Position numbers and translations under genes: made by a program. DNA of 62,000 nt from Octopus vulgaris (Eukaryota), in assembly GCA_951406725.2 (NCBI GenBank), contig OX597823.1:38212001-38274000 (forward strand), written 5' to 3'. Under the pieces are notes generated by a model that made no database searches, had not been told where the DNA came from, and saw only the letters and a list, made by a program, of their open reading frames with translations. Every line of letters begins with the position of its first letter. Position 1 is the stretch's first letter. Of this stretch, positions 38,229-52,329 are shown in pieces.

Positions 38229-38420
38229 ATGTATATATATATATATATATATATATACAATAAGCTTCTTTCTGTTTCTGTCTATCAAATCCACTAACGA
38301 GGCTTTGGATGGCCCAAGGCTATAGCAGAAGACACTTGCCCAAGGTGCCACACAGTGGGACTGTACCTAGAACCATGTGGTTGGGAAGTGAGCTTCTTAC
38401 TATAGAACCACACTTGCACT
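37855..38420 (-). mobile_element. Bipartite SINE family B with expanded internal microsatellite
   Basis: Tail 37855-38040, head 38270-38420; 38152-38188 inside matches the 3' end of the 392-556/39115-39281 family. Confidence 0.75.
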
Positions 38421-38734
38421 TAACACACACACACACACACACATCATCATCATCACACATCATATATATATATATACTTGTAATATTATATGTATATATA
38501 TATATATATATTATATATATATATATATATATTGTTTGATCCCCCTTCGGTCATGAATGACCATGGGATTGCACCTAGAAAGTTACCCTCCGAGGCACAA
38601 GTCTGGGCAAAGTTGTTCATGGAAGACCAGCAGTCGCCCATGCATACTGGCCTCCCCTCTCCATGCCACCGATGTTATCCAAGAGAAAGGCAAAGGCCGA
38701 TACAGCTTGGCACCAGTGACGTCGTAGCTCATTT

Positions 38735-39050
38735 ATTAACGTGCAAGTGGCAGAGCATTCCACAGACATGTGTACTCTTAACATAGTTCTCAGAAAGATT
38801 CAGCGTGACACAGAATGTGACAAGGCTGGCCCTTTGAAATACAGGTACAACAGAAACAGGAAGAAAGAGTGAGAGAAAGTTGTGGTGAAAGTGTACAGGA
38901 GGGTTCCCCCCCACCCAGCCGGAGTCTTGTGGAGCTTTAGGTATTTTCGCTCAATAAACACTCACAATGCCTGGTCTGAGAATTGAAACCATGATCCTAC
39001 GACCATGTGTCTGCTGCCCAAACCACTGGGCCATTGCGCCTCCACATACA
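38735..39050 (-). mobile_element. tRNA-derived SINE (family C)
   Basis: Minus strand GGAGGCGCAATGGCCCAGTGGTT (A-box-like) and GGTTTCAATTC (B-box-like) followed by a unique body. Confidence 0.75.
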
Positions 39051-39061
39051 CACAAACACAC

Positions 39062-39092
<31 letters not shown>

Positions 39093-39114
39093 GAGAGAGA
39101 GAGCGCTAGCCACT

Positions 39115-39279
39115 ACACATTCTTTATTTTCTCTCCTTGTTTCTTTCTGTATTCCTTTCTGTGGAAGAGCATAGGGTCGAAACGTTAAAGACTTTTTCAC
39201 TTCCTGAGCATTATACTAATACATCTGTTTGTTGTCTACATCACCTGTCTTCGTCTTTTGTTTTTTTGTGAACTCCTCC

Positions 39280-39281
<2 letters not shown>
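39115..39281 (+). mobile_element. Short Penelope-type terminal fragment with hammerhead-like motif
   Basis: CTTT-CTGTGGA-A-GAGCATAGGGTC-GAAA-CG-TT-AAAG at 39155-39190; ends in (TA)n; second copy at 392-556. Confidence 0.65.
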
Positions 39282-39337
<56 letters not shown>

Positions 39338-39484
39338 ATAACTATAATAAATATTAGGGAATAAATCCAAATAATGACAATCTTCAGGTGGATTTCCGAT
39401 AAATCAGAAACAATTGTAGTGGTTTTAACTTTTTATATATGTATATACTTTTGTTTGTTTTGAAAATAGTGGTTTTGTCTCTAA

Positions 39485-39530
<46 letters not shown>

Positions 39531-39607
39531 TAAATATGTATTAGGCAAATCAAACTGAAAAACATAAATCTAATTTTTCCCTGTAAGTTTGGATTTACCT
39601 ATATTAT

Positions 39608-39657
<50 letters not shown>

Positions 39658-39696
39658 GTATGTATATAAACATATATATATATATGTGTGTCTGTG

Positions 39697-39742
<46 letters not shown>

Positions 39743-40396
39743 TATATATACATACATATCTATACTTGTATATATCCTTAGAATACTGATTTTAAATTTT
39801 GGCACAAGGCCAGCAAGTTTGAGGGAAGGGGCTAGTCAATTACATCATATATAGGTCAAGTGCTGGTGGGGGACAAACACAGAAACAAAGATACACACAC
39901 ATAGGTTTATATATAATTATATATGACACTCTTCTTTCAGTTTTTGTCTACCAAGTCCACTGACTAGGTTTTGGCTGGTCTGGGGTTATAGTAAAAGTTA
40001 CTTGCCCAAGGTACCACACAGTGGGTCTGAACCTGGAATCATGTGTTTGGGAAGCAAGTTTCTTACCACATAGTCATGCCTACACCAATATATATTCATA
40101 TCTATACCTATCTCTCTCCTTCTCTCTCTTTCTCTCTTTCTCTTTCTCTCTCTCTCTTTCTCACTCTCTCTCCTTTTTGCATACACACTCGTGCATGCAC
40201 ACACACATACACACACACATGCACACATACATGTGAGTGTATAGGTATGCATACTGTGCGCATATCTATATATCTTGGATAGAGTATGTATTTTCATTTT
40301 CACTGCCTGACACAATTTAAAACTGGCATATGTATATAACTGTATGTATGAATGTATGTATATATATATAGTATACATATGCATACATTATCTATA

Positions 40397-40427
<31 letters not shown>

Positions 40428-40760
40428 TTATCTATTTATCTATCTATCTATCTATCTATTTATTTATATATACACACACATGCATATAAGCATATATATA
40501 CACATACATATACTTATATGTTTATATATATATAAATACAAACACATAGACACACATATTCCCTAGAACACTTGGGAGGAACAAAACTTTCATCTGATCA
40601 AATCAATACATTGATTTCTGATCTATAGACATAATCACTGCCAGTTTGTGAAGAGTCTAGCTTGGAAACTAGTCATTTAGAAGAAATTCTTTGTAATTTC
40701 TCGTCTCACCTCACCCTCTCCTCATGGAACCTGAGAGGCTAAACTCAGCTCATCTTTTAC

Positions 40761-40858
40761 CTCAATGCCTGACACTTTTGTGATGACCAAACAAAATAAG
40801 TCATGATTGATTCTCTTCCACATTTCATTTCTCTTTGTTCTCTGACCGAAAAATCTGA
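40761..40858 (-). CDS. Candidate internal exon (RFFGQRTKRNEMWKRINHDLFCLVITKVSGIE)
   Basis: Acceptor ATTTATTTTTCAG, donor GAG/GTAAAA, 98 nt, non-repetitive; two frames are open so the reading is uncertain. Confidence 0.5.
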
Positions 40859-41689
40859 CTGAAAAATAAATTATTTCAAATATTTTAACTGGAACGACTT
40901 TTGGTCCCAATTGATTTGACACTGCTGTATGTTACAGTTGAGTTTAATAATAAGTGGTGGGAAAGGAGAGAGAGAGACAGAGAGAATGAGCGTATGTATT
41001 GTGTGAATGATGTGTGTGTGAGTGGAAGAGAGAGTGTGTGAATAAGAGAGAGACAGAGAGAGAGAAAGTATGTGTTTATGAGTGTATGAGAGAATGATTG
41101 TGTGTGAGGGTGTGTGTGTATGTGTATGCATGCGCGCATGTAAAGTAATACTGTGTGCATATTAAACTTGATATTAAAGTTGTTATTCAACATTTAGCTC
41201 ATTGTGACTCATGACTATGACCGGGTAGCATTGTCTTAGGTGTGTATGCAATCACGAACAGGCACTCATGGTCCCCCACACATCTCGACTCAGTAGAACT
41301 TCCAAGATGTGAAAATTAGAAAGAAAGACACTGAAAAGAGATGGTAGATAGTGGTAATGGGGACTACACCAGCATCAGAGTAGTTCTAGCCTTTGTTACA
41401 GCTGATCAGATATGAGCAACATGAAATAAAATACCTTGCCCAACGACACAATGTATCATCTGCTTCAGAAATTGAACTCATATCTTTGTGATTGTGAGCC
41501 AAACAGTTTAACCACTATGCCACTCACTTTTACAATGTTGCTACAATACTGTGCTTTCAATTTATTTCATAAATTAATGCAGTTTGTCTTCTGTGGACAT
41601 CAAATACATTTATATCGATCATTTAAAATATTTTACATTTATTTTCCTTGGGTACAACAACCCTGAAAGCTGTGGTCTATGATATACTC

Positions 41690-42108
41690 TCTTTTACTTG
41701 TTTCAGCCATGTGACTGTGGCCATGCTGGAGCACCACCTTTAATCGAGCAAATCAACTCCAGGACTTATTCTATGTAAGCCTAGTACTTATTCTATTGGT
41801 TGCTTTTGCCGAACCGCTAAGTTACGGGGACGTAAAACACCAGCATCGGTTGTCAAGCGATGTTGTGGGGGACAAACACAGACACACAAATATATATACA
41901 CACACACACACATGTACATACATACATATATATATATACATATATTCGACGGTTTTCTTTCATTTCTGTCTACCAAATCCACTCAGAAGGCTTTGGTTGG
42001 CCTGAGACTATAGTAGAAGACACTTGCTCAAAGTGCCATGCAATGGGGCTGAACCCAGAACCATGTGGTTTGTAAGCAAGCTACTTACCACACAGCCACT
42101 CCTACACC
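41690..42108 (-). mobile_element. Intact bipartite SINE family B
   Basis: tRNA-like head (GGCTGTGTGGTAAG..GGTTCAGCCCC), CORE-like TTGAGCAAGTGTCTT, internal (TA)/(TG) tract, tail ending ..GACTGAAACAAGTAAAAG-like. Confidence 0.85.
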
Positions 42109-42389
42109 TATAAAAGAAGATTCGACCTTGACCGAATTTGAACTCAGAACACAAGACGGACAAAACACCGTTCTTCATTTTCCCCGACGTGTTAACGATT
42201 CAGCCAGCTCGCTGCCTTGAATAAATATATTCATTTATTTTTAAGTAACAATTTGTAAATGGCAGTGTTATTAATTACAGATATCTATTGGGACAATCAC
42301 TGATTCGCACTTCAGATGATGGGAGTGATGAGGGAGTGCTTGTAACTTATTGCAGAACAAATTCCAATGGGGGACCTTGTTTGAAGATC

Positions 42390-42446
<57 letters not shown>

Positions 42447-42559
42447 AGTTTCTTATTGACCCTGAAAGCATAAAAGGCTATACCAAAAAAGCTCTAATGA
42501 CTGCCAATTCACAGCTTAGTTAAGACTTCTTAACCATTTTGTTACCATATTTAGATACA

Positions 42560-42690
42560 GGCATGGTTCCGGGTTCAGTTCCACTGTTTGGCTACTTGGG
42601 CAAGTGTCTTCTGCATATAGCCTCTGGCTGACCAATGCCTTGTGAATGGATTTGGTAGATGGAAACTGAAAGAAGCCCATCATATATGCA

Positions 42691-42724
<34 letters not shown>

Positions 42725-42960
42725 TGTGTGTGCGTGCGAGTGTGTGTAATTGTGTCTGTATTTATCCCCTACCACTGCTTGACAACTGGTGCTCATGTGT
42801 TTATGTCCCTATAACTTAGCAGTTCAGCATAAGAGACCAATAGAATAAGTACTAGGCTAAAAAAAAAATATAATAAGTACTAGTGTTGATTTATTTGACT
42901 AAAAATTCTTCAAGGCAGTGCCCCAGCATGGCCACAGTCAAATAATTGAGACAAATAGAA
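42560..42960 (+). mobile_element. Bipartite SINE family B
   Basis: Same head/microsatellite/tail order as 41690-42108 in the opposite orientation. Confidence 0.8.
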
Positions 42961-43899
42961 GATATGATATTTATGTGGAAAATTTACTGCCTATGTTTCA
43001 ATTAATTTTGAAAATAATTAAGAATTTAGTAAAAATGAATTTGTCATAAAAATCTGGTGTAAGAAGATAACATGAAATTTTGGTGAGAAGTGGAATGACA
43101 TGTTCTATTTGCATGTTAAATTACTTTTCTACTTCATAATCAAAATTAATAATGAAATAAATAAATAAATGCTTAAGAAACTGGTTTGGTTAAGGTAGTG
43201 AATAGTGTGCTGAAGTAAACCAATCCTTTCATCTCATACACTTTACTCTTTGGAAAATACAAAGTTTCCTTATCACTTAATATACAGCAGTGTTGTGAAT
43301 GAGTAAAGTATGCATTTCCTGATTGATCTAACAACAACAAGGATACAGTAATCACAATGATAATAACAATAATAATAATAGTGTCAAATTTTGGCACAAG
43401 GCCAACAACTTTGGGGGAGGAGGTGAGTTGAATACATTGACCCCAGTATTCAACTAGTACTTATTTTATTGATCCTGAGAGGACGAAAGGTAATGCTGAC
43501 ATTGGGGGAATTTGAACTTAGAACATAAAGAGAGATGAAATGCCGCTAAGTGTTTTGCCTGGTGTGCTAATGATTCTGCTAGTTTGCCGCCTTAACAACA
43601 ATGACAATAATGATATTTACTTTATTTATCATTGGGTAAAAACAAATACATTTAAATATGATACTACACACACATGCACACGTACACAGTGCACACACAT
43701 ATATGCACACACATTCACACACATACATATACATACACATGTACACATACATGAGCAATACAGTGTAAGTGGAATTTGATGGGCTGAAACTGTGTAGAAA
43801 CCTGTCATAAACATAGCCATATCTTATGTTCATTTTCCATATTAACATGTGTTAGGTGAATGTATTATTAGTCTTGGTGGTTTGTATAAGATTTTATTG

Positions 43900-44818
43900 T
43901 TAAAATTTATCTGCAATAAACTGGGTATACTTCTGCAGCCTGACTATCAGTCTGAAGAAGACCAAAGTACTGGGCCAAGGTACCAAGCACTCCTCCCCTA
44001 CCATCGCCATCAACAACTACAAGCTGAAGATAGTCCATGAATTCACCTATCTTGGCTCTACCATTGGTGATGACCTCTCCCTGGACCCTGAGATCAACAG
44101 GTGAATCGGACAAGCATCATCCACATTTGCCAGGCTCACAAAGAGTCTGGGAAAGCAAAAACCGGTTGCAAATATCAAGATTGCTGTCTATAAGGCATGC
44201 ACCCTTAGTACACTACTTTACAACAGTGAGACATGGAACCTCTACTCCAGACAGGAGTGGCGTCTCAACATCTTCCAGCTTTGTAATTTGAGACACATCT
44301 TGGATATCAAGTGGGCAAACCACATCACTAACACCAAAGTTTTCAACTGTGCCAAGATACCCAATACACTCACTCTGCTCCAGCAGTGTCATCTGTGTGT
44401 GTGTGCTTGGTCATGTACATCACATACTGAACGGGAGGAACCAAAAAGGCCTCCTGCATGAGGAATTGACTACCAGCACAAGAGCACAAGGATGACCTCA
44501 TCTTCATTTCAAGGATATCTACAAGAGAAATATGAAGTCAACTGATATGGACGTCCTGGGATGGGAGGAGGTTGCAAATGATTGCCCACACAGGAGATGA
44601 AGAGAGCAGGAAAGAAAAAAAAAAAGACAGGAACTTGCCACCAAAGAAAAGGGCACCTGACAGAAAGAAAAACCAATAGCACTGGCAGAGAGTTCCTTCA
44701 AATGCAATCGCTGTATGCATGACTACCACTCCCATGTGGTGCAGATACTGCACCAACATCAGTAGCTGACACGATTTCTTCGAGTACAGATCCATGGCTT
44801 CTCGAGACCAATGGCTAC

Positions 44819-44850
<32 letters not shown>
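43900..44850 (+). mobile_element. RTE-clade (BovB-like) LINE 3' fragment
   Basis: IKIAVYKACTLSTLLYNSETWNLY..LRHILDIKW..LGHV..PHLHFKD..; ends TCCATGGCTTCTCGAGAC..(CTA)n. Confidence 0.85.
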
Positions 44851-45020
44851 GTATATAAAATATTTTAATAATTTTTTAATACAATTCCTTATAATATTTA
44901 AGTATAAAAATGATAGGATTATTTTTAAACGTTGAATGGCTATGAAGGTCCTTCCAAGTAAAATAGAAATTAAAGGGGTCCATAGGAAAAACATAGTTGG
45001 AAAACACTGGTCTGTTCTGA

Positions 45021-45110
<90 letters not shown>

Positions 45111-45897
45111 ATTAAGTTATATTAAATATACAATAATAATTCTTGATTTATTGAAATTATCTTTGGTTTGGAGATAATAAACTAACAACAAATGGTGATT
45201 GCAACAGATTCTTAATGAGAAGAGATGATCTCAACATTAAAGAATTCTCTGGAATTGATATGTCACTAAGAAGAAGACAGTCTCTCTCTTGCACACAGAT
45301 ATAACACACACATGCACACACACATATGCATGCATACAGATGTACACACACATGACACATATACATGCACATGCAGCACACACACATATGCATGCATATA
45401 GATGCACATACATACACACATACACACATACATACATATGTGAACACACATACACACACACACACACATACCTTATCATCATCATCTTTTTAACATCCAC
45501 TTTTCTATGCTGGCATGAATCAAATAAAATTCATTAAGACAGATTTTCTGCTGTAGAATGCTTTTCCTATCAACAACCCTCATCTGTTTCCAAATAAGGA
45601 AGTATTCCCCCTTGTCATCCATTCAGGAACAGCACACTGGCCAAACATAATTTCACAGAAAATTGCAATCATACTACTTTGTTTGATAGCGATGTTTGTT
45701 TGCAAGACAAAGAGACACAAACACACTCAAGTACAAACATACATTCTTTCAGTTACTGTCTATCAAATCCATTCACAAGGCTTTGGTCAACCCAGGCCAC
45801 TTGCTCAAGTGCTGCACAATGGGACTGAATCTAAAACCACTTGGTTGCAAAGCAAAGTTCTTAACACTCCTTAACTGCACAACAATGCCTGCTCCTA

Positions 45898-45931
<34 letters not shown>

Positions 45932-45933
45932 TA

Positions 45934-46752
45934 TAGTGTGTCCCAAAATTAGAGCAATCAGCTTTTTTCAATTTTGCCAAAGCAAAATATTGCTATATTT
46001 CGGGTCTGAGTGTTGCAATGCAATGGTAAAGGAAGCACTATTATGACACTACCATATTTATTTGATATGACAACTTCGATTTATGAGTCCACACTTGACG
46101 GAAACAGATACACTCCAAAGTCGATCGTTCTGATTGTTTACTGTCTGTTCGATGTCAGATTTCTGTTCATCAGTGAATACCAGGTTGGGCAGCATACCTT
46201 CAGCAATTTGATGCAGGATAAGATGACTTCTCTCCAATTTCATGGCCTTATAAACTTGTATGAGCTCATGACGATTGATCATCTTGTAGGGATAGGTCCT
46301 GAGATCCTCCTTTAGTACTTGATACATCAATGTTCAGCATATTTTTGTTGTGGTAGCCAGTTTTCTGACAGAACGATGAGGATTTTGCCATATCTTTTCT
46401 CTGGTATTTTTGATAAGCTGAGGGGTCCGGACACTTCTTTTTCAGACACATCCAGGCTGAGTAGCAGTGGAACCAGTCTCTTTGAAATTTCTCAACAATT
46501 TTTCAGACTGCTGTTTAGTTAATTTTAAGCTTTTTTGCTATAGCTGTATTACTTTTGCCTTCTTTGTGGAGGGTTATAATTGTATTTTGGTCTATAGCCA
46601 TTATTTAATTTATAAATCTGAACTTATTTAGTTTGAAACAAAAAGAAGATACACTAATATTTTATAATGATGTATAATTTTCATAGCTTATCACATTTAT
46701 TAATAGTTATTAAAGCCCGAAACTTCGGTTGCCTTAATTTCAGGACACTTTG
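45934..46752 (-). mobile_element. Internally deleted maT-like (Tc1/mariner superfamily) transposon with both TIRs
   Basis: TIRs (T)AGTGTGTCCCAAAATTAG and reverse complement CAAAGTGTCCTGAAATTAAG, TA on both sides; ORF 46058-46330 has LVFTDEQKSDIEQTVNNQNDRLW. Subfamily call is from motif memory. Confidence 0.75.
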
Positions 46753-47044
46753 TATATGCATACACACATATGCTCAAACAAATAAATAGTATATATATAT
46801 ATATATATATATATAGATGTTTTCAATCTAGTTTGGATTCTTTGCCATCAAATTTGAATTCTTTGCAATCAAATTTGAATTTTTCAATTGGTACTCAAGC
46901 CTTGAAAAAAAAACAGAGTTAAACTACATCAGCCGTAAGGGAATACATGTCTATCTTATCTAACTCGTCCAGTGGAGCCCACTGTTGCTCAAACTTCAAT
47001 CTAACCCTGAGCTTATATATATATATGTGTGTATGTGTGTGTGT

Positions 47045-47190
47045 GTGGCTGTGCTTTCCAACCACATGGTTCTGGGATCTCTCCCACTGTGTGGAATCAT
47101 GGACAAATGTCTTTTACTATAGCTTCAGGCTGACCAAAGCCTTGTGAGTGGATTTGGTTGACGAAAACTAAAAGAAGCCTATTGTATATA

Positions 47191-47246
<56 letters not shown>

Positions 47247-47445
47247 GTGTTTGTGTTAGCCCCACACCCCCACTTTACAACTTGTGTTGGTTTGTTTATA
47301 TTCACATAACTTAGCAGTTCAGCAAAAAAGAGTGATATAATGAGTACCTAGCTTAAAAAAATAAGTCCTGCAGTTGATACATTTGACTAAAATTCTTCAA
47401 GGCTGTGCATTAGCATGGTCACTCTCTGATGACTGAAACAAGGAA
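47045..47445 (+). mobile_element. Bipartite SINE family B
   Basis: Head, (TA)n, tail in the same order as other family B copies. Confidence 0.8.
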
Positions 47446-47448
47446 AAC

Positions 47449-47512
<64 letters not shown>

Positions 47513-47660
47513 ATAAATAAATACATACATACATACATACATACATACATACATACATACAAATATATGTACATGTACATACATACATATACATATATGC
47601 GTATGTGTGTGTGTTTTTGTGCATGTATCAATAAAACTGTACATTATATAGTTACATCCA

Positions 47661-47714
<54 letters not shown>

Positions 47715-48539
47715 CCAACATTTATTACCATTCCTGCACTACCCACATAGAATTCTAACCATTCTAGGTTCTAATTACATCTGTTACATAATTCATAGAT
47801 CTTCAGATTTTATTTCCCTAAGAAATCTTGAAAGTGCTATAATGTTCCCACCATTTTGATCTCGGCTGTTTACAAGATTCATTATATAACATCCATTCTA
47901 ATCAATCTCTTTCTTTCTTTCTTTCTTTCTTCTTACTTTCTTCTTTCTTTCTTCCTTTCTTTCTTCTCTTCCTACTCCTTCTTTTTCTTCTTTCATGATA
48001 AGTGAGAACCATCCAGAAATCAATACTAATGTAAACAATTTTCATGGACAGTTTAACTAAATCTAATATTTAATTAAGTCATGTCATACTGTTCTGCCTA
48101 TTAAGATGTCAGCTTCCATGATGGAAAGATATCAAGTTCCATCTTAGTTTACAGCAGTAAACTGGGATTATACTCAGTAAGTGGGTGTCAGAATATTTAA
48201 ACATGGGGTTTTGAAAACCTTAAGTAGAATGATGTATGTGAGTAGAAAAAATATGTAAAAGTTACTGGATTTTAATATTGATTTCAAATTTTGGCACAAG
48301 GTCAGCAATTTCAGGGGAGGGGGTAAGTTGATAACATTGACCCCAGTATTCAACTGGTACTTATTTTATCAACCCTGAAAGGATAAAAGGTAAAGTTTGA
48401 GCTCAAAACATAAAGATGGACGAAACACTGCTAAGTATTTTGCTCGGCTTGCTAACAATTCAGCCAGTTCGCCATCTTAACTGGATTCTAATCATTTTTG
48501 TTTTCAAGCAAATATGGAAAATACTGCTAACAAACTTGT

Positions 48540-48905
48540 ATCCAATCCAGCCAGGTCACACACCAATCACTATGCTCAGTTCTTCTTTTCCCGAATGTGG
48601 CACATAAAAAGCACCATCCGATCGTGGCTGTTGCCAGCCTCGCCTGGCCTCTGTGCCGGTGGCATGTAAAAAGCTCCATCCGATCGTGGCTGTTTGCCTG
48701 CCTCGTCTGGCACCTGTGCCGGTGGCACATAAAAAGCACCCACTACACTCATGGAGTGGTTGGCGTTAGGAAGGGCATCCAGCCGTAGAAACATTGCCAG
48801 ATCAGACTGGGCCTGTGCAGCCTTCTGGCTTCCCAGACCCCAGTTGAACCGTCCAACCCATGCCAGCATGGAAAGCGAATGCTAAACGATGATGATGATG
48901 ATGAT
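48540..48905 (+). mobile_element. Short RTE-tail element with internal ~63-bp tandem duplication
   Basis: TGGCAC-TAAAAAGCACC units at ~48598, ~48660 and ~48723; (GAT)n tail; CpGs largely retained. Confidence 0.85.
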
Positions 48906-49309
48906 GATGAATTCTCTCCTTGCTTATATCTACTCTGCAGGGGTTGGCTCTGAGTTACACTAAAAAGCATTTGTTTAAAGTACTGTGCAGTGAAATTGAA
49001 CCCCTAGTCACTTGATTGGAAAGCAAACCACCAAACAACAAAATCCTCATTCCTATACTCCAATAAAGAACTGGGAACATAATCCAATTTTTCTAGCCCT
49101 GAGCAAACACTACTTCTCAGTCCTGTTATTGCATAGTTCACCCAACTACAGTGAAAAATTAATATTTTCTGTAAGAATTTCATTTCTGAATAACAAAGAC
49201 GAATTATTGTTAGACACATTGGAGGTTTCCACACAATTAATCTCAGTTGATGTAGTTCTGTTTTTCCATTACATTGCTCTAATAGCTATATCATCATCAT
49301 CATTATTAT

Positions 49310-49560
49310 CGTCAACATTCTCCTTTCCCTCCTTCCTTCCCACTCCACCTCCTCCTCCTCCGTTCTCTTCCTCTCCCCTCCTCCTCTTCTTTATCATTAA
49401 CGTCATCGTCATCCTCCCCTCTCCTTCCTCCTCCCCTTTTCCTCTTCCTCCCCCTCTTCCTCCTCATCCTCCTCTTCCTATTGCTTTTCTTCCTCCTGCT
49501 TCTCTTCCTGCTGCTGCTGCTCCTCCTCCTCCTCCTCCTCCTCCCCCTCCTTGTTGTTGA
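49310..49560. repeat. Imperfect (CCT)/(CTT) polypyrimidine microsatellite
   Basis: Directly visible; explains ORFs 49012-49560 and 49312-49563. Confidence 0.9.
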
Positions 49561-49754
49561 CAAACACTATTGGTGACAGTATCATCATCATTGTCGTCGT
49601 TGTCATAATCAATCGTCGTCATCATCATCATCATTTTATGTCCATCTTTTCATGCTGGCAAGGATTGGAAAAGTCTTGTATTGTTCTCACCAATCATTCA
49701 ACAGAGGTTTCTTCTGCAAATTTGTTTTCTGGTGCCATTGTTAAAAATTGTTAT

Positions 49755-50266
49755 TATTACTAAGCAAGAAAAAAGCACACACCATCAAAGAGATGCTGGG
49801 GTATAAATATACAATGCTCAATATACACATCACCACTACCCATATGATATGTGTACACTAGGCATATGCATCACATCTATATGACTACAACATGGTGACC
49901 TTATATCATCAATATAAATAGTGCATTGCCTTGCAGGTGGGGTCCAGTTAGAATTTCTTCAGGACAAAGAAGCCCATCCTACTCAAAAGGTCCCTGAATA
50001 AGGGTTGTTTAAGAATGATGAATGAACACCCATATTTCCAGGGGGGAATTATTCAAACCTCAAAGAATCCTTTTCAACACATAGCTATGATGCTCCCCAA
50101 CTACTCTTGCTCATGATTAGAGATGTACATACCATCAGCCACTAAAGGACATGCTCAGCTGGTTAAGGTCAAACAACTGATAAGCAAATTTTTGGAACTG
50201 AGTAAAATATTTGCTCTCTTTCAATCTGTTTGGATCAGAAGCCATGCCACCACTGTCTGGTACAGC
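49755..50266 (-). mobile_element. Family E element, longest copy, (TTA)n at both ends
   Basis: TTATTATT at ~49750 and 50267; right half matches 61395-61660. Confidence 0.7.
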
Positions 50267-50271
50267 ATTAT

Positions 50272-51515
50272 TATTATTTCACATACACACAACAGATTAA
50301 CTGTTGGAAAAGATTTCCTAACATCGGGCTGCAACAAGTAACCTTACATGCCAAGAACCTTCCTAAATATCCTACATGTCCCTAATAACACTGTTTTCTG
50401 GAGCTGCACTAAACTAGGCTTTATGCCTAATTCCTCTATCTATCTATATATCTCTTCAAATCTTTAGGGCTAGTCCCTAATGCATTTATAACAAGAGAGA
50501 TATATTTTATTTGCACTTTCTATAGCCTCTGCAACTCAGTGGCTAGGTTCTGGTACTTTGCTATTTTCTCTATACCTCTCATATTGACTTTCTTATCACT
50601 TGGGACTGTAAAGTCAATTACTTGGCATTTTCTATTCTCTTTGTCCAATACTATATTCTACTCAGTCAGTCTGAATGCAAAAATTCCACAACATCTTTTA
50701 TTTCTAAAACTTTCTTAGACTTTATTAGGTTCATGTTCATACCATTTATCAGTATAGTAAAATCCTAGCATTCTATGTAAATCCAAATGGATTAATCTCC
50801 CTAGGTTTTCCTGTCTTTTCTTGTATTCTTTCTGTCCCAGCAGCATGCTACATTCATTTACTATATGAGTAACACTTTCCGTTTCTTGATTTACATGACC
50901 AACATTGGGAATCTACCTGATTTTTGTCTATTTTTGCTTTTATTCAATTAGTCCTCAATGCTTAATCTTGTGCTGCTCCTAACAAACTTATTACTATTAT
51001 TTGTTGAAAACTCTAGGCTTATTTTGTTGGGCATGATGGACAGTGTCAGCTGTCCACAGCCAGCAGACTAAGGTGACATTTGTTTACTGGTCATGCTTTA
51101 AGAACTCTGTGAAGAATTCTTGCAGTTCCAAGTAATGCTGATTTTTGCAGGTGTTCTACCTTTACACTTGTACCAATCATTTTGAACCATGTTGGTAGTT
51201 GGGTGCTGATACTTCCACGTGCACCAATTACTATTGGTATCATGTCTATTCTCCTCATTGACCACAACTTTTGTATTTTCTACATCAAATTGTCATACTT
51301 GTTCAGTTTTACTTTTTTTTTCTCTTTGATCCTGTTGTCACCGAGATATGCTATGTTGATTATCATGCAAGTTTTTCTTTGTCATTCACCAAAAAAATGT
51401 CCTGTTTCTGATGTCTGGTCAAGTGATTGCATCAAATCATTGCATCACACAGGAATTTTGCAATCTTCATTCTCGGTGACTCCTTCTGGGGTTTTCTCAT
51501 ACCACATCTTTGCTC
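50272..51515 (-). mobile_element. Two chained R4/Dong-like RLE-LINE 3' fragments (50272-50990, 51000-51515)
   Basis: Degenerate HEPNKV..F..D....P..K..E..PVVIGALG-like RLE motifs; each 3' end abuts TTA repeats; 51000-51515 is paralogous to 54780-55330. Confidence 0.8.
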
Positions 51516-51616
51516 TTTGTTATCTTGTATTATTATCATCATCACCATCATCATCATCATCATCATCATCATCACCACCACCATCATCATCATCATCATC
51601 ATCATCATCATATTAC

Positions 51617-51669
<53 letters not shown>

Positions 51670-52232
51670 TATTTTAAAAGGATTGACGTAACTCTTCATG
51701 ACAGTAAATAGACAATACGAAGAGCGTCATGTAATGCAATAGATATTTTATTGGTATGAATGATATTTTGACTACTTGCCTGTCTTTGTCAAGCTCAAAA
51801 TGAAAAGTGATACATAGAAATTCAAAATTATAGAAATTCAAATTCAAAAGTTTGAATGAGGAGATCCTGCATTCCCACTTTCACAGAATGACACCATCAG
51901 TGTTCAATTTTCAATTTTACAACTGGCAAAAAGAAAAAAAAAAAAAGGAAAATCAAAGAAAAAAAAAGAATACAAGTCACAAAATGAGAAACTGACAATT
52001 CTATCAGTTAAAAAACTTAATTGTTTTCGTGCTAATATCAATAGTCAGTTATCATTTCAGGATGCATGCAAATAGGAAGGTCTTACATCAAATATACCAA
52101 TGTGTGCATCACAGCCTGATGATTCATTGCTTCAAAACTTTAAATTGATTAATGAGAGCAATTTATTTCACATAATGGAAGCTATTATTCAACACCATTG
52201 TCAAAATTAATATCACTTGGTGCAGACATTAC

Positions 52233-52329
52233 GAAGAATTTGAGTGTCCTTGAACAGGTATGTTCTAAAAATCGTTTCAGCTATTTCTGTAATTGTCTGA
52301 TGAACTTTGAAAAACTGGAAATTTTGTCC
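52233..52329 (-). CDS. Candidate internal exon (GQNFQFFKVHQTITEIAETIFRTYLFKDTQIL)
   Basis: Strong acceptor TTCTTTTCTTTTTGTCTTCAG; only frame 0 open; donor C/GTAATG is modest. Confidence 0.45.

Noticed and set aside
38990-39050. tRNA gene
   Set aside because: tRNA-like A and B boxes continue into a SINE body with no acceptor-stem closure; the same holds for SINE A and B heads.
49012-49563. Proline-rich 182-aa and Arg-rich 83-aa ORFs
   Set aside because: Both come from the (CCT)/(CTT) microsatellite.
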